Below are positions 38,077 through 48,445 of a DNA stretch of 64,000 nt, piece by piece. The position numbers were made by a program, and so were the translations under genes. The notes beneath the pieces are model-generated. The model had not been told where the DNA came from. It was given only the letters and a program-made list of their open reading frames with translations, and ran no database searches. The stretch lies in the NCBI GenBank assembly GCA_030753015.1, contig JASMDC010000018.1, positions 1-64,000 on the forward strand, read 5' to 3'. The stretch is from Candidatus Undinarchaeales archaeon (lineage in GTDB: Archaea; SpSt-1190; JASMDC01). How positions within the stretch are numbered: position 1 is the first letter of the stretch; each line of letters begins with the position of its first letter.

Positions 38077-41000
38077 CTAACCGACAGTCACGGTGCACTC
38101 ACAGGCGCATGAGCCGGGATCGGTGCGTATGCGGCACTTCTTCCGGTCGAGCCAGAGAGTGCAGGTCGGCAGGCAGTCGTTGCACGACACACGGAGCGTG
38201 CAGCCGGAGTAGTCGATACCGTGGTCGATGAACACGCTCTCGCCCTGCACGACCGTCGGCTCCCGCACCTCGAGCCGCGCGAGAGGGAAGAGGTCCGCGT
38301 TCACGATGCCTTGGGAAGTCGGTTCGACGGCCCACTCACGTCCGTGTACGTCCCTGGCCCTCACCACGATGGTGTAGGAGTTACCCGGTTCGGCCATGAA
38401 GGACCCAGACATAACGGTCGTGGATCCCTCGCCCCAGATGGCGACCTGTGTATCAGCGTTGCTCCCTTCGACCGCCAGCGACCAACCATCGATGACAGCA
38501 ACGGACACCATTCCCTCGAAGGGCACGGTCGCGATGTCGGACAGGTCCACGGTGGCATGGACCCGCGTGGGCTCATAGAACACCGCAGAGGTGAGCCCCT
38601 CATCTGTCTCGAAACCCGCTTCGGAGATCCTGAGCTCGGGCCGCGTGATCTCGAGGTAGGCATTGGGGTAGTCCATGCGGAACTCGAGCGCGTCCTCAAG
38701 GCACCAGAAGGTCATGACCTCCCCGGAGCAGGAGTTCGAAGGCAGGCCTTGTTCAGGGAGGGTCTGGTCGAACACCGTCATGTTGTTCTCGTCCATGGCC
38801 TCCACCCTGAGCCGGAGCACGAAACCGACGTACTCTGAGGGGGTCTCCACCTCCCGTGTCTCGAGTCTGCTGCCCTCGAGCACGTCCATCACCATGATTG
38901 ACGCCAGAGATCCATGGACCTCTTGTCCCTCTGCGTCCACCATGGAGACGGACACGGTGAGGGGAAAGAGAGCGGACTTGACGGTGACGATCCCTTTGAC
39001 GCGGGTACCGGCATGTGCCTTGGTCGCCCGCTCGCCGTCCACCGTGAACCAGGCGTCCTGGACTGCTACTGTGCCCATTGGCAGCACCTTCGAAATGGAG
39101 CCCACGGCCGTGGCGACAGTCCTCCCCTGCTCGTCGTACACCTCGAGCACCGGCTGCACCGTCTTACCTACAAGGTCCTCTTCCATTTCCTTGAGGTTCG
39201 AGAGCAGTGTTACGTCGGTGCCGGGGTCCACGGACGAGACGGGGATGGTGGCCATGATGGCTGAGAACAGCTCCTCACAGGAGCACTCGCACACAGCGTC
39301 CTCGGGACAGAAGGGACATTCACAGGCATCGAAGAGCCTGAGCTTGACCTCGGACCTACCGTAGAACGAGAGGAATCCGGCGTTGGCCACGTCCGCTCGG
39401 AACCGCACGCTCTCCCCACCATAGAGCGCTTGAACCTCGCTCTGGCCTCGGAGGGTCGCCAGGCTCACACTCAGCTCGGGAGTCAGCGCCTTGCACATGC
39501 GCGCGCACACGTCCCATATCCCCGTGTCCCGCTCGTCACGTGGACAGCTGAGGATGCACTCGAATGTCGTATCCGGCCAGTCCCGTTCCCCCTCTCCTTC
39601 CCAGCAGTCGTCGACACAGACACGTGACTCCCTGGTCTCGGGGAACTGCGTGACACAGGTCCGTTCACACGCTACTTTGGCACCCATGCAACGGCGTGTG
39701 CATGCGTCCGTGCGTTCGCGGTTGCTGCCGAACAGGCTGTGACATGCTCGGCGGCACGAGGAGCTGCCCATGCACGTGGACGTGACGGGCCGTTCGTCGA
39801 ATCCGTACCGGCAGCACAGCCCGATGGGGGAGCGCCCTGTCTGGCAGCGGTCGAAGAGGGGTCCGCCGCTCAGGGCGTGGGATGGTGACTCGCACAGCTC
39901 GGGATCGAACGGGCACTCGCCCTCCACGCCCTCGCCACAAAGGGCACGCGTGGTCGACCAGGGGACCGGTGTCTGTGGCCCGGGCTCGTACACGTCGGCG
40001 AACATACCCTCGCAGCAGGCCTGGATGCTCGCCCGATCGGTATCGTTGAGCAGGGGATCTGCGCACTGGTACGCCGTCGTCCGCCACTCAGTGCCCAGTC
40101 GGCACACGCACAGCTCGAGCTGGGCGTGGCAATGGGCCATTGACGTGCCATAACACTTCTTGCACACGTCCTCGCACAGCGAGACCTTGGGGATCTTGTG
40201 GACGAGGCAGCTCAAGGTATCTACGAATACGTCCTCCACATCGGTGTCCCTGATGATCTCGATGGTGTCCATGTGCTCCTCGGACCACTCGTCCATGTTG
40301 ATGTCCTTGATATTGGCGATGGCCGGCTCGTGGGGGGCACACCCGCCGCGGTAGCCTCCGCATCCGGGGACCGGTGGCTTGGGCTGGGGAAGCGGGGGCA
40401 GACTACCGGGCTTCATTCCCTCGGGCCGCTTTCCGCACTCCTTGACGTTGAAGTTACGACAGAACACGGCCCATTGGCGGTGCGGATCGGCGTTCGGCGG
40501 CTCCTCGCCCGTTTTGTACATCAGGTTCGGATTCGTGCCCGGTGGGAAGTGGAGGTCCTGGATCTCCACGTCAGAGCAGAACTTGCTGACCTCGGAAGGG
40601 AAGTTGTGGCGGAATGTGGTGAGGTCGGCAAGGAGCTTGTCGTTCTGGAGGAAGAGGAGCATGTCGGTGGTCTCCTCCTGGAACTCATCGGAGCTTCTGA
40701 TGCGGTCCGGCTTACCGTCCGTCGCCTCGTACTTGTCGATCCTCAGTGCGATGGCGGCCAGTTCGTCCAGGTTCTCCTGGACATGTGTGTAGGTCGCGCC
40801 CTGCTCCACGTTGCTCTGGTACTTTGCCCTGACGGCCTCCAGCTGGCCGATCATCTTGGGCAGCTCCTTGAGCATGTTCCCCAGGTAGTCGAGGATACGC
40901 TCCAGCTGGTCCTCCACCTCGCAGGGGGTTCGGTAGCTCTTCTCGTCCTCCTCTACCTGTGACGCTGGCGGGCGGTACGCGGCGAAGTCGAAGGGCGTGT

Positions 41001-42594
41001 GAGCGCAGTGGTGCCCCTCGGTGGGGGGCGGGGGCCAGGCGTACTCCCCGGAATCGTAGTCCTTGAGACGTGTTCCGATCACCTCGTCGAGCTCGCACAC
41101 GTCGTGGAGATCGGCAAGCTCATGTGTGCACTGGCGTATCTTACGTGGTGAGGGGCGGCTGTTCTTGGCCTTCTTGGTCTCCAGTGAGCGCCAGGCCTCG
41201 GCGATGATGTGGTTGGGCCTGTAGCAGCCCGCGTTCATGTAACCGTAGGGATCGAACTGCTCGTTGATGCACGGCCGCACACAGCAGGCGATCTGTCCCT
41301 TGGGATTGACGTTGTCAAGACCGGTGTCGCATCCCTTGAAACCGCCGTGCTCGTCCGGCTGACCGATGGCCTTGTTGTCCCCGCAGAAGTAATCGTTGTG
41401 CCAGCACTCGTGCACCTCGCCCACCGGCTTTCGGGGCACCCCGTGCGTGTCGCAGTTGTCCCCGTAGTTGCAGGGATAGGGATCGCACAGAGGTTGACAC
41501 ATGGACATCCCGTTGTTGCCCTCGACGCACTTTTCCTTGTCCATGCAGGCCACCCTGGCCGTGCGGAAGCACGAACTGGGCGAGGGGAGGTCGCCGATCT
41601 CCACCTCGAGCACGCAGCCACCGTACTTGTCGTTGAACTCTTCGATGGAGCCCTCGCACAGGTTGCACTGCCTCTTCGCAGCGTTGTAGATGTTGCGCAG
41701 GTCCTTCTCCACCGACGTGTAGAACTTCTTGAAATTTTCATAATAGGCGATCGTGGTCTCGACGAAGTCGGCCATGCTCTCGTAGTTGGCGGCGATCTTG
41801 CTCACGTCCTCGGGACAGTCCAACAGGCTCACGTTGAGCTCGTCAGGCTCGTATCCCGTGTACTCCGGCTTCTCAAGCCCCGCGATCATGGTGTTGCATA
41901 TGTACGGTTCGCCCTCAGTGAGGGGGTTCTCCTCGCAAGGGCGGAGGTTGAGGTCGGGACGCGGTCCGCCGTTGGCCTCACCATATCCTTTGTCAACGCA
42001 CACCGCGCCAACGTACCCGTCGCCCCCGAAGGCGCACTGCCAGGTGCAGATCTTCATCTTGAAGGACTGGCGACACTGCTCGTCAGCGCCGCCACCGTCC
42101 CCCCCGCCGATGCTCAGGGGACCACAGTGGCCCACGCTGTGGCCCGAGATGGCGATCGATTCACAGCCGGCTTCGTCATCTGAGAACTCGTCCTCGCATT
42201 CGCAGTCCTCGCCCGGCAGGCAGTCCTCGCCCGACTCCCAGCAGGCGTTGTCGCCGTCGTACAGCCCCACCGAGCCACGGCACTGGAAGAACTGGCCAGG
42301 GGAGCTCTCCTCCAACTCACAATCATCGGACGCGCCCTCGGTCTCCATGATGCACCAGGTCTCCATGCCCGGCTCCAGCTTCGGGGAGCATGCAGAGGGT
42401 GCCAGGGCTAGGTCCATGGACAGGACGGTGAGGAGGGCGAGCGTGGCGACGAGCAGTATAGCATGTGCCAGGGGGGAGCAAGGATCCCCTCCTTTCCCCT
42501 TCTTCCAGGTCAGCGCCACCGGGATGTCCGCCCTGTCATGCATTACCTTCCAGTCCACCGGGCTATGTGGCCGAGGAGATGCACTCGCAGGCAC
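38077..42594 (-). CDS. Large secreted Cys-rich protein, paralog A (~1490-1505 aa)
   Basis: Hydrophobic signal-like segment (likely start 42543), Cys-rich domains, helical segments and C-terminal beta-sandwich repeats; collinear with 42563-46738. Confidence 0.85.
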   Translation of the reverse strand: MPASASPRPHSPVDWKVMHDRADIPVALTWKKGKGGDPCSPLAHAILLVATLALLTVLSMDLALAPSACSPKLEPGMETWCIMETEGASDDCELEESSPGQFFQCRGSVGLYDGDNACWESGEDCLPGEDCECEDEFSDDEAGCESIAISGHSVGHCGPLSIGGGDGGGADEQCRQSFKMKICTWQCAFGGDGYVGAVCVDKGYGEANGGPRPDLNLRPCEENPLTEGEPYICNTMIAGLEKPEYTGYEPDELNVSLLDCPEDVSKIAANYESMADFVETTIAYYENFKKFYTSVEKDLRNIYNAAKRQCNLCEGSIEEFNDKYGGCVLEVEIGDLPSPSSCFRTARVACMDKEKCVEGNNGMSMCQPLCDPYPCNYGDNCDTHGVPRKPVGEVHECWHNDYFCGDNKAIGQPDEHGGFKGCDTGLDNVNPKGQIACCVRPCINEQFDPYGYMNAGCYRPNHIIAEAWRSLETKKAKNSRPSPRKIRQCTHELADLHDVCELDEVIGTRLKDYDSGEYAWPPPPTEGHHCAHTPFDFAAYRPPASQVEEDEKSYRTPCEVEDQLERILDYLGNMLKELPKMIGQLEAVRAKYQSNVEQGATYTHVQENLDELAAIALRIDKYEATDGKPDRIRSSDEFQEETTDMLLFLQNDKLLADLTTFRHNFPSEVSKFCSDVEIQDLHFPPGTNPNLMYKTGEEPPNADPHRQWAVFCRNFNVKECGKRPEGMKPGSLPPLPQPKPPVPGCGGYRGGCAPHEPAIANIKDINMDEWSEEHMDTIEIIRDTDVEDVFVDTLSCLVHKIPKVSLCEDVCKKCYGTSMAHCHAQLELCVCRLGTEWRTTAYQCADPLLNDTDRASIQACCEGMFADVYEPGPQTPVPWSTTRALCGEGVEGECPFDPELCESPSHALSGGPLFDRCQTGRSPIGLCCRYGFDERPVTSTCMGSSSCRRACHSLFGSNRERTDACTRRCMGAKVACERTCVTQFPETRESRVCVDDCWEGEGERDWPDTTFECILSCPRDERDTGIWDVCARMCKALTPELSVSLATLRGQSEVQALYGGESVRFRADVANAGFLSFYGRSEVKLRLFDACECPFCPEDAVCECSCEELFSAIMATIPVSSVDPGTDVTLLSNLKEMEEDLVGKTVQPVLEVYDEQGRTVATAVGSISKVLPMGTVAVQDAWFTVDGERATKAHAGTRVKGIVTVKSALFPLTVSVSMVDAEGQEVHGSLASIMVMDVLEGSRLETREVETPSEYVGFVLRLRVEAMDENNMTVFDQTLPEQGLPSNSCSGEVMTFWCLEDALEFRMDYPNAYLEITRPELRISEAGFETDEGLTSAVFYEPTRVHATVDLSDIATVPFEGMVSVAVIDGWSLAVEGSNADTQVAIWGEGSTTVMSGSFMAEPGNSYTIVVRARDVHGREWAVEPTSQGIVNADLFPLARLEVREPTVVQGESVFIDHGIDYSGCTLRVSCNDCLPTCTLWLDRKKCRIRTDPGSCACECTVTVG

Positions 42595-45500
42595 AGGTGC
42601 CCGGATCAGATTTGATGGTGCATGACTTCCGGTGGAGCCAGAGGGTGCACGTAGGCAGGCATTCCTCGCACGCCACCTGGATGTTGCAGTCCGAGTAGCT
42701 GATGGACGAGTAGATGTACGTCGCCTCGCCCTGTACCAGGGTCTTCTCCTTCGCCTCCAGACGGGCCAGTGGGAAGAGCTCGGGATTCACCAGGCCCGAG
42801 GCCGTGGGGACGATGGCCCACTCCCTGCCCTGGTGGTCCGTGCCCCGGACCATGATCACGTAGGTGTTCCCGGGCTGAGCGGTGAAGTACTCCGACCACG
42901 CTGTAGTATCCTGCTTGCCAGCGAGGGTGATGTCCACCTGTCGAGAGCTTCCCTCGACCTCCACGGACCAGGAGTCCAGAGCGGAGATGGTCACCATCCC
43001 TTCGAAAGGTATGGTGGCGATGTCCGTCAGCTTGATGGAGGCCCGTACCTCTGTCGCCTCGTACATGACCGCCGATGACAGCCCGTCCTTGGTCTCGAAA
43101 ACCGCCTCATTGAGCTTCAGCTCCGGCCGGCGGATCTCAAGGTAGGCGTCCGGGTAGTCCATGCGGAAGTCCACGGTCTCCTTCTGGCACCATGCGGTCA
43201 TCACGTCGCCAGCACAGGCGTCCGAGGCGAGCCCCTGTTCAGTGAGGGTCTCGGCGATGACGGTGGTGTTGTCCTCGTCCATGGCCTCGACATGGAGGCG
43301 CAGCACGAATCCGACGTACTGGGCGGGAGTTTCAACCTCCAGCGTCTCCAGCTGGCTGCCGTCGAGCACGTCCTCGATCTCGATAGCGCTACGTGAGCCC
43401 TCGATCTCGTTCCCGTCCGCGTCCACCATGGACACGTACACGGTGATGGGGAAGAGGACTGATTTCACCTTTATAGCGCCCTTGATCTTCGAACCGGCAT
43501 AGGCCTTCGTGTCACGTTCGCCGTCCACGACGAACCAGGCGTCCTGGATGGCCACCTTCCCCATTTCGAGGACCTTCGAGATAGGTCCCTGAGCGGAGCG
43601 TATCAACCGGTTGTCCTCGTCGTACAGCTCCATCACGGGCTGGACGGTCTTGCCCGCGAGCCCTTCGTCCACGCCCTTGGGATCTGAGAGAAGGACCGAG
43701 GACTCCCCTGGCTCCACCAGGGGGACCGGGATCGTGGCCAGGATGGCGCTGAACTGGTCATCGCACGCACATTCGCACACAACCCCCTCGGGGCAGGGCG
43801 GGCAGTCACACGAGTCGAAGAGCCTGAGCTTCACCTCGGCCCGTCCACGGAACGGCAGGAAGCCCTTGTTGTCCACTGCGGCCTTGAACCGGATGTCCTC
43901 ACCTGCATAGAAGGCCTGGACGTCGCTCTCACCGCGCAGTGCCGACAGCCGGACGTCGAGCTCGGGTGCGAGCGCCTTGCAGATACGCTGACACACCTCT
44001 TGGACCTTTTCGTCCTTCTCGTCGGGCCTGCAATTACGGATGCAATCGAACGTGTACTCGGGCATCTCCTCCTGTTCCTGCTTCCAGCACTCGTAGATGC
44101 ATCGCCGCTCCTCACGGATGTCCAGGGACTGTGTCAAACACTGCTGCTCGCACGAGACCTCGGCCGTCATGCACCGGGCGGTGCACGCGTCCACGCGTTG
44201 TGGGTTCCCCCTGAACTTCTCCTGGCAGCCCTTCCGGCATGACGCGCTCTCGGCGCAGGAATAGGTGATGGGCTTCTCCTCGAACCCGAACTTGCAGCAC
44301 AGTCCCGTCTCGGAGGTGCTGGTCTGACAATAGTCGTAGAGCGGGCCCGCGTTGAGGACGTGGTCGGGCGTCGGGCACAGCTCCTTGTCGAAGAGACAGT
44401 TCTCGTCCATCCCCACAACGCACTGACGATTGGCCGTACCGCCACCGGGCTTGTACACGACGTGAGGTATCCCCGTTCCGGAAGTGGGTGCGCTCACGTC
44501 AGCGTACATGGCCTCGCAGCAGGCCTGGAACTGGGCCTTGTCGGTGTCGTTGTGGATGGGCTCTTGGCATTCGTACGCGGTGGTCTTCCACTCGGTCCCC
44601 AGCCGGCATACGCACAGACCCAGCTGGGCATGACAGTGGGCAATGGACGTGCCATGGCACGACTTGCAGATGTCCTCGCACATCGATACCGTCGGGATCT
44701 TGTGGCGGAAGCAATCTCCCGAGTCGACGAACATATCCCGGAGATCTAGCTCACGGAACTCCTGGAGAGCCTCCATGTGCACCTCGCCCCACTCGTCCAT
44801 GTTCTGGTCCTTCCAATGGAACATCTGGGGGACGTGAGTGCATCCTCCCCGGTATCCACCGCACCCGAGGATGGGGGCTCCTTCGGCGTTCCCGCTCATC
44901 ATCATGGTGGTCATGGCGAAGCTCTGCTCGTTACCGGACTGGCCGCCTCCGCCTGGGATCACGTTCCACCGGCTGCAGAAAGCACCCCACTTGTCGCAAC
45001 CGTCGCCCTTGTGCTTCATTTCCTTGGGGGTTCCCCCTGGGAAAGCGAGCTCGCAACCGGCAGCGTCGAGCTTGCAGGCCACAGCGTTCCAGGAGTGCTT
45101 CTTAGTGAGGTCGGTGAAGAACTCGCTCGTCTGGAAGAACTTGACGAGCTTTGTGAGCAGCTTCTGGAACTTGTCGGTGTCCAGTTCCTCCTCGTCGCCG
45201 CTCTTCTCGAGCTTGTCGATGTTCCCCATGATGGCGACCAGTTCGTCCATGTTCTTCTTGATCTCGACGTAGGAGGCGCCCTGGTTGATGGAGGTCTGGA
45301 ACTTCGTCTTCACCTTCTTGAGCTCGGCGATGGCCTTGGGCATCTGGGTGAGGAGGTTCTTGAGGTACTTGAGCGTCTTCTTCATGTCCTTCTCCACATT
45401 ACAGGCGATCTCGTCCTTGTCCATCTCGCAGATGTCCCTAAGGTCGGCGAGCTTCTTCTCGCACTCCCGCACGCCCACGGGGGCCACCACGGCACGCTTG

Positions 45501-46738
45501 GACTTCTCGGTCACCAGCGTCCGCCATGCCTCAGCGATTATGTGGGACGCACTGTCCTGGAAGCATGCTTCGTCCTTGAAGGAGTAGATGTCCGTGCACG
45601 TTGGTGGCTGAGGCTCCTCATCAGGAGTGGGGGTCTGCTGCTGCGCCTCATTCCACTCGCCCCAGGCATTGAGGAAGGCACCGAACTTGGCCTGACAGAT
45701 GACACTGGCCTCCATGCAGCACCCGCCCATGTCCACGGTGGCGGGATCCGGCTTAGGATTGCACCCTGCTGCCCCGAAATCGTCGCCCGGTGAGCCGATC
45801 GTATCGTCGGTACCGCAGAAGTTCTCATTGGACCAGCACTCACCGTCGGGTCCGGGCACACCCTTTTCGCACTCCTTGCCATAGTTGCACGGGATGGCCT
45901 CACACATGGGGCACATCTTCACCATCCCTGCCTGGCCGCCGCTCCCCTCGTTGCAAACGGAACCCCGCTCGCAGAAGGGCTTGGCCACGTTCCAGCAGAT
46001 TGTGGGTGCGGGCAGGTCCTCCATCTCGTTCTCGGGCATGCCACAGATGGCGTACTTCTCGTTGAACGACTCGAGGCTGCTCTCGCATGTGGAGCACTGC
46101 TTCTTGACTGCAGTGTATACGATCTGGAGGTCGTTGTTCAGCTCCTTGAAGAACTTGAGGAAATTCTCGTAGTAGAGGATGGTGGTTTCGACGTACTCGG
46201 CCATGTTCTCGTAGTTCGCCGCGTCCACACCGCCCTCCTCGGGGCATTCGAGGAGCGAGACGTTGAGCTCATCCACCTCTGCCTCGGACTCGAACTTCGG
46301 CTTCTTGAGGCCCGGGATCATCCCCTCGTTGATCATTGGCGATCCTTCAACGGGTGGATTTTCCTCGCAGGGCGGGAGATTGAGCTCCTCGCGGGTGGGG
46401 CTATTGCTCATCCAGCCCTTGGCGACGCATACCTGGCCCACGTAGGCCTTCTCGCCGAGATTGAATAGATAGGAGCATGCCTTCCAGCTATAGTCATCAT
46501 CGTCCTCCTTGTAGTCGCCCTTCATGATGCTGAGCATCCCGCACTCTCCCGGCATCAGGGTGGCTGCATCCTCGATGCTGCTACACTTCTCGAACTCGTC
46601 GTCGGGTTCGTACTCGTGGATGCACCACACCAGTTCCCCTTCCTCCGAGCTCACGGGGACGGCGCTCATTAGCACTACGGCCATAACGGCCAAGATAACG
46701 TATCTGGATTTCACGATGATCACCTTCGATCGGCCCAT
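42563..46738 (-). CDS. Large secreted Cys-rich protein, paralog B (1391 aa)
   Basis: Signal peptide. Shares DELNVSLL.CPE, HIIAEAWR, GCGGYRGGC, AHCHAQL.LCVCRLGTEW, FRMDYP.AYLEI and CLPTCTLWL with paralog A. Confidence 0.88.
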   Translation of the reverse strand: MGRSKVIIVKSRYVILAVMAVVLMSAVPVSSEEGELVWCIHEYEPDDEFEKCSSIEDAATLMPGECGMLSIMKGDYKEDDDDYSWKACSYLFNLGEKAYVGQVCVAKGWMSNSPTREELNLPPCEENPPVEGSPMINEGMIPGLKKPKFESEAEVDELNVSLLECPEEGGVDAANYENMAEYVETTILYYENFLKFFKELNNDLQIVYTAVKKQCSTCESSLESFNEKYAICGMPENEMEDLPAPTICWNVAKPFCERGSVCNEGSGGQAGMVKMCPMCEAIPCNYGKECEKGVPGPDGECWSNENFCGTDDTIGSPGDDFGAAGCNPKPDPATVDMGGCCMEASVICQAKFGAFLNAWGEWNEAQQQTPTPDEEPQPPTCTDIYSFKDEACFQDSASHIIAEAWRTLVTEKSKRAVVAPVGVRECEKKLADLRDICEMDKDEIACNVEKDMKKTLKYLKNLLTQMPKAIAELKKVKTKFQTSINQGASYVEIKKNMDELVAIMGNIDKLEKSGDEEELDTDKFQKLLTKLVKFFQTSEFFTDLTKKHSWNAVACKLDAAGCELAFPGGTPKEMKHKGDGCDKWGAFCSRWNVIPGGGGQSGNEQSFAMTTMMMSGNAEGAPILGCGGYRGGCTHVPQMFHWKDQNMDEWGEVHMEALQEFRELDLRDMFVDSGDCFRHKIPTVSMCEDICKSCHGTSIAHCHAQLGLCVCRLGTEWKTTAYECQEPIHNDTDKAQFQACCEAMYADVSAPTSGTGIPHVVYKPGGGTANRQCVVGMDENCLFDKELCPTPDHVLNAGPLYDYCQTSTSETGLCCKFGFEEKPITYSCAESASCRKGCQEKFRGNPQRVDACTARCMTAEVSCEQQCLTQSLDIREERRCIYECWKQEQEEMPEYTFDCIRNCRPDEKDEKVQEVCQRICKALAPELDVRLSALRGESDVQAFYAGEDIRFKAAVDNKGFLPFRGRAEVKLRLFDSCDCPPCPEGVVCECACDDQFSAILATIPVPLVEPGESSVLLSDPKGVDEGLAGKTVQPVMELYDEDNRLIRSAQGPISKVLEMGKVAIQDAWFVVDGERDTKAYAGSKIKGAIKVKSVLFPITVYVSMVDADGNEIEGSRSAIEIEDVLDGSQLETLEVETPAQYVGFVLRLHVEAMDEDNTTVIAETLTEQGLASDACAGDVMTAWCQKETVDFRMDYPDAYLEIRRPELKLNEAVFETKDGLSSAVMYEATEVRASIKLTDIATIPFEGMVTISALDSWSVEVEGSSRQVDITLAGKQDTTAWSEYFTAQPGNTYVIMVRGTDHQGREWAIVPTASGLVNPELFPLARLEAKEKTLVQGEATYIYSSISYSDCNIQVACEECLPTCTLWLHRKSCTIKSDPGTCACECISSAT

Positions 46739-47189
46739 CTATGACAGAGTGGGTCCTGTAACGATACCTGCTGTCCCACGTATAAATAGGATTCTCGGAA
46801 CAGCTATGGGACGCTAAATTCATGAGCACGTCCTCGTGCTAAGTGAACCGACGCTAATAGATCCATTTGGACTGGAATGGCGTGTTTCTCCAGGGATATG
46901 AACTGAACGGGGGGCGTTACGCCCTTATTAAGGACACGTATTAGTGACTCTATCCACGGCCCTGTACGTCGACAATGTAACTAGTATACTACGTCATTGA
47001 CGCGAAATCTTCTCGGAAAACAGGTTTATTTCAGAATAAATCGTATTAATCCTTAATAAATCCTTGGGGCGGGGGCGTAAATGTAAGAAAAAACAAGAAA
47101 ATGGCTTAATATTACGAAGCATTTATTAAGGATAACCTGTCCTAGGGACAAGTCGGGCGGCCAGCCGCTCACATACCCAGGTGAGAAAC

Positions 47190-48032
47190 ATGCGCCGAAG
47201 GATTATCTCCATTTCCTTGAGGGAGGACCTCATAACCCGTGTAGACAACCTTGTCGACGGTACCGTTATCCGGAACCGGTCGCACGCTCTCGAGAGCATC
47301 CTTGTCAACTACTTCCGTGAGGAGAAGATCAAGGTGCTCATCCTCGCAGGGAGCCAGGGAAAGGACCTCCTGCCCCTGACAAAGGATACTCCCAAGTGCA
47401 TGCTGGATGTCGGAGGGAAGCCCATTTTGGAGCATGTTGTACGCAACCTCCGAGTGCTCGGTTTCACCCAGATGATCATATCCGTCTCATATAAATCCGA
47501 CAAGGTCATGGACTACTTCGGTGACGGGAGCCAGTTCGGTGTGGAGATCACGTACATCCAGGACCCGGAACCTCTCGGAACGGCCGGTGCCCTCATCAGG
47601 GCCGACAAGTTCATCGACGGGCGGTTCATCCTCATCTACGGGGATAACTTCTTCAAGTTCGATCTCAGCGACATGGTGGAGTTCCACGAGAAGGCCAGCG
47701 CCCTGGGAACCGTTGGCTTGACAACCGTTCCGGACCCAGCGGCCTACGGTGTCGTCGAGCTGAAGGGTAGCAAGGTCGTGGACTACACAGAGAAGCCCAC
47801 CGACTACCGCTCCTTCATCATCAACGGTGGTATCTACATCTTCGAGCGTGAGATCTTTTCGAGCCTCGATGCCTCTCAGCGCTCCCTGGAGCGGGACGTG
47901 CTACCTCAACTGGCCAAGGAGGGGAAGCTCGCCGGGTACAACCTCGCCGGGCAATGGATCGGTATCGACACCAAGGAAGACCTCGAGAGGGCGCGCAAGC
48001 TCTTCTCTGAGAAGAAGGTCGAGACCATCTAG
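47190..48032 (+). CDS. RHH (CopG-like) domain fused to a sugar-phosphate nucleotidyltransferase
   Basis: ISISLREDLITRVD...NRSHALE (RHH), then LAGSQGKDLLPLTKDTPK, EPLGTAGA, YGDN, EKP and INGGIY; SD sequence AGGTGA before ATG 47190. Confidence 0.88.
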   Translation: MRRRIISISLREDLITRVDNLVDGTVIRNRSHALESILVNYFREEKIKVLILAGSQGKDLLPLTKDTPKCMLDVGGKPILEHVVRNLRVLGFTQMIISVSYKSDKVMDYFGDGSQFGVEITYIQDPEPLGTAGALIRADKFIDGRFILIYGDNFFKFDLSDMVEFHEKASALGTVGLTTVPDPAAYGVVELKGSKVVDYTEKPTDYRSFIINGGIYIFEREIFSSLDASQRSLERDVLPQLAKEGKLAGYNLAGQWIGIDTKEDLERARKLFSEKKVETI

Positions 48033-48037
48033 ATCCG

Positions 48038-48382
48038 TTACACGAGCACCCGGAACAGCCCTATTACACCGTCTTCTTCGTCGGCCAACCGATTGAACAG
48101 TTCGGCAGCCTCAGGTGTAGGGAGCGAATGCATCTTCACGCCCATACGCTCGATCACCTTCTCGTCCGCAGGTGAGAGGTTGTGGATACCGATAAGTCCA
48201 CGTCCGAACACGAATATCTGGGCATGGTGATGGAGAAGGAGGAGCTCGAGCTCGCGAAGGGTGACCTTACCCTTCTCCGTCCTAGGCTCCACCCAGCCCC
48301 ACTGGGTGAGCACGATATCCTCCTTGAATGCTTGGCCGTCCACAACGATATGTCGGTGGGCGACCTCGTCGATATGGGCCAT
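48038..48382 (-). CDS. Mth938/AAMDC-like domain protein
   Basis: IVVDGQAFKEDIVL, FGRG and LPTPEAAELFN motifs. Confidence 0.8.
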   Translation of the reverse strand: MAHIDEVAHRHIVVDGQAFKEDIVLTQWGWVEPRTEKGKVTLRELELLLLHHHAQIFVFGRGLIGIHNLSPADEKVIERMGVKMHSLPTPEAAELFNRLADEEDGVIGLFRVLV

Positions 48383-48445
48383 TAGTATTGTCCAATGATG
48401 TGGCCTGTACAAACATTTTAATGTCTACCCGGCTCCCAATCGGCC

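Noticed and set aside
44650-44670. CKSCH heme-binding-like motif in paralog B (also CGNCH in the 1524-aa protein)
   Set aside because: Paralog A has CKKCY at the same place and the other repeats lack the His, so this is expected by chance in Cys-rich sequence.
655-46738. Diversity-generating retroelement or CRISPR explanation for the repeats
   Set aside because: No reverse transcriptase, no adenine-specific TR/VR pair and no repeat-spacer array were seen; the repeats are in-frame protein repeats.
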